NCBI GenBank assembly: GCA_024704765.1
Contig: JAKMXF010000199.1
Span: 493,074-557,073, forward strand
DNA from: Oopsacas minuta
Taxonomy: Eukaryota > Animalia > Porifera
Length of the DNA stretch: 64,000 nucleotides
Direction: 5' to 3'
Part shown: positions 63,098 to 64,000 of the stretch, in pieces
How the letters are laid out: each line of letters begins with the position of its first letter
How positions within the stretch are numbered: position 1 is the stretch's first letter
Program-made: the position numbers and the translations under genes
The notes under the pieces: generated by a model
The model's input: only the letters and a program-made list of their open reading frames with translations
What the model was told of the DNA's origin: nothing
Database searches by the model: none

Positions 63098-63311
63098 ATT
63101 CACCGGATTCAAATCCAACAGAAAATCTATGGAGTATTTTGCAGGAGAAGTTGAATGAGATGAAACTCTCAACCAACCTCAATCAGTTAGCCGAAAATCT
63201 CTAGAGTGACTGGATGGACATTAATCCATTGATCTTGGAAAATTTAGTTGCTGGAATGCCAGCACGTATTGATACATGTATACAATTGAAAGGAGTATAT
63301 ATTGGAAAATA
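63097..63311 (+). mobile_element. 3' fragment of a Tc1-like transposase resembling the DD37E elements
   Basis: NSPDSNPTENLWSILQ...MPARIDTCIQLKGVYIGK*, the same C-terminal signature (..G.YIGK) as 23319-24637 and 52418-53768. Confidence 0.75.
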
Positions 63312-63373
63312 ATTGTCTTCTTTTCTCAATTAATGGCAATAATAACATAAGTTGAAAGATACGACAATAATTA

Positions 63374-64000
63374 CACTGTCCAACAAATTTTTAGCATTTT
63401 TTGCCTCTGGAATACACTGTAGTGTTTCTCATGTATTCAAGCACCCTGATTCCAAATATCCAATCATTTTTTCTCTATCAGGCAACGATTTGAAAAATTC
63501 AATATTTTGGGTTTTATCATTGTCCCAGTGTATTCCTATAAATATATCTCTTTAGATTGGCTAATCGAATGCATACTTATGATTTAATTACAATGAAAAT
63601 TGTCAATTGGTTTAGCATTTATTGTACAAATTTAGAAATGCTTGGAATGTGATTTTCTTTTGTATGTGGCATCAAGAATATCTCTTTTTAGTGACCAACA
63701 ATAATCAGCCATCATGTTTGGAGAGAATTTTCAATTGTGACGACTTTCCATTGTGCTTATATCTTGATGAAATCTTTCACCGTGTTCATCACTCACAGCA
63801 CCTAGATTTTCCGGAAAGAATTGCAAATGTGAGTGAAGAAAGTGTATTTTTAGAGACATATTACATCCCATTGTTCTGAATGCATCAAGTAGTGTCACAA
63901 CAATTTCTTCATAAATTGGTGATTTCTTAGTTCCTAAAAGTTCTCATTTAAAGATTTGAATGAATTCCATGCTGCTTTCTCGACAGAATTTAGACATGTT
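63374..64000 (-). mobile_element. Degenerate IS630/Tc1-like fragment running off the window end
   Basis: TA-CACTGTCCAACAAATTT TIR-like end; the minus strand reads IHWDNDKTQ, a DNDPKH-like motif. Confidence 0.4.

Noticed and set aside
1-64000. tRNA, rRNA or prokaryotic operon/defence system
   Set aside because: No cloverleaf or rRNA-like sequence, low coding density, and all recognisable proteins are eukaryotic transposases.

Overview
This is AT-rich eukaryotic DNA, probably from an invertebrate animal; the species cannot be determined from the sequence. No intact host gene, RNA gene or CRISPR array is recognisable. Nearly the whole window is a nested stack of DNA transposons and tandem repeats. 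Identified: several IS630-Tc1-mariner elements (DD34E, three DD37E, DD41D, mariner, four pogo/Tigger), four near-full-length hAT elements plus non-autonomous hAT derivatives, a P-element/THAP9-like relic, a Mutator-like (PF20700/Kolobok-type) relic, a FLYWCH-MULE, a Chapaev-like relic, a RAG1-like/Transib element, and an end-to-end Helitron inserted in a ~174-bp satellite. The only intact ORFs are two apparently identical 512-aa pogo/Tigger transposases in inverted orientation. Most notable: (i) a RAG1-like transposase relic with an NBD-like segment, the DDE/ZnB core, a C-x2-C-x3-GH tail and RSS-heptamer-like ends; (ii) two hAT elements with 5-bp rather than 8-bp target duplications; (iii) the identical intact Tigger pair; (iv) the Helitron/satellite architecture, including a head-to-head flip of satellite orientation. 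Coordinates and motif counts were read by eye; family assignments rest on motif recognition, not database searches.
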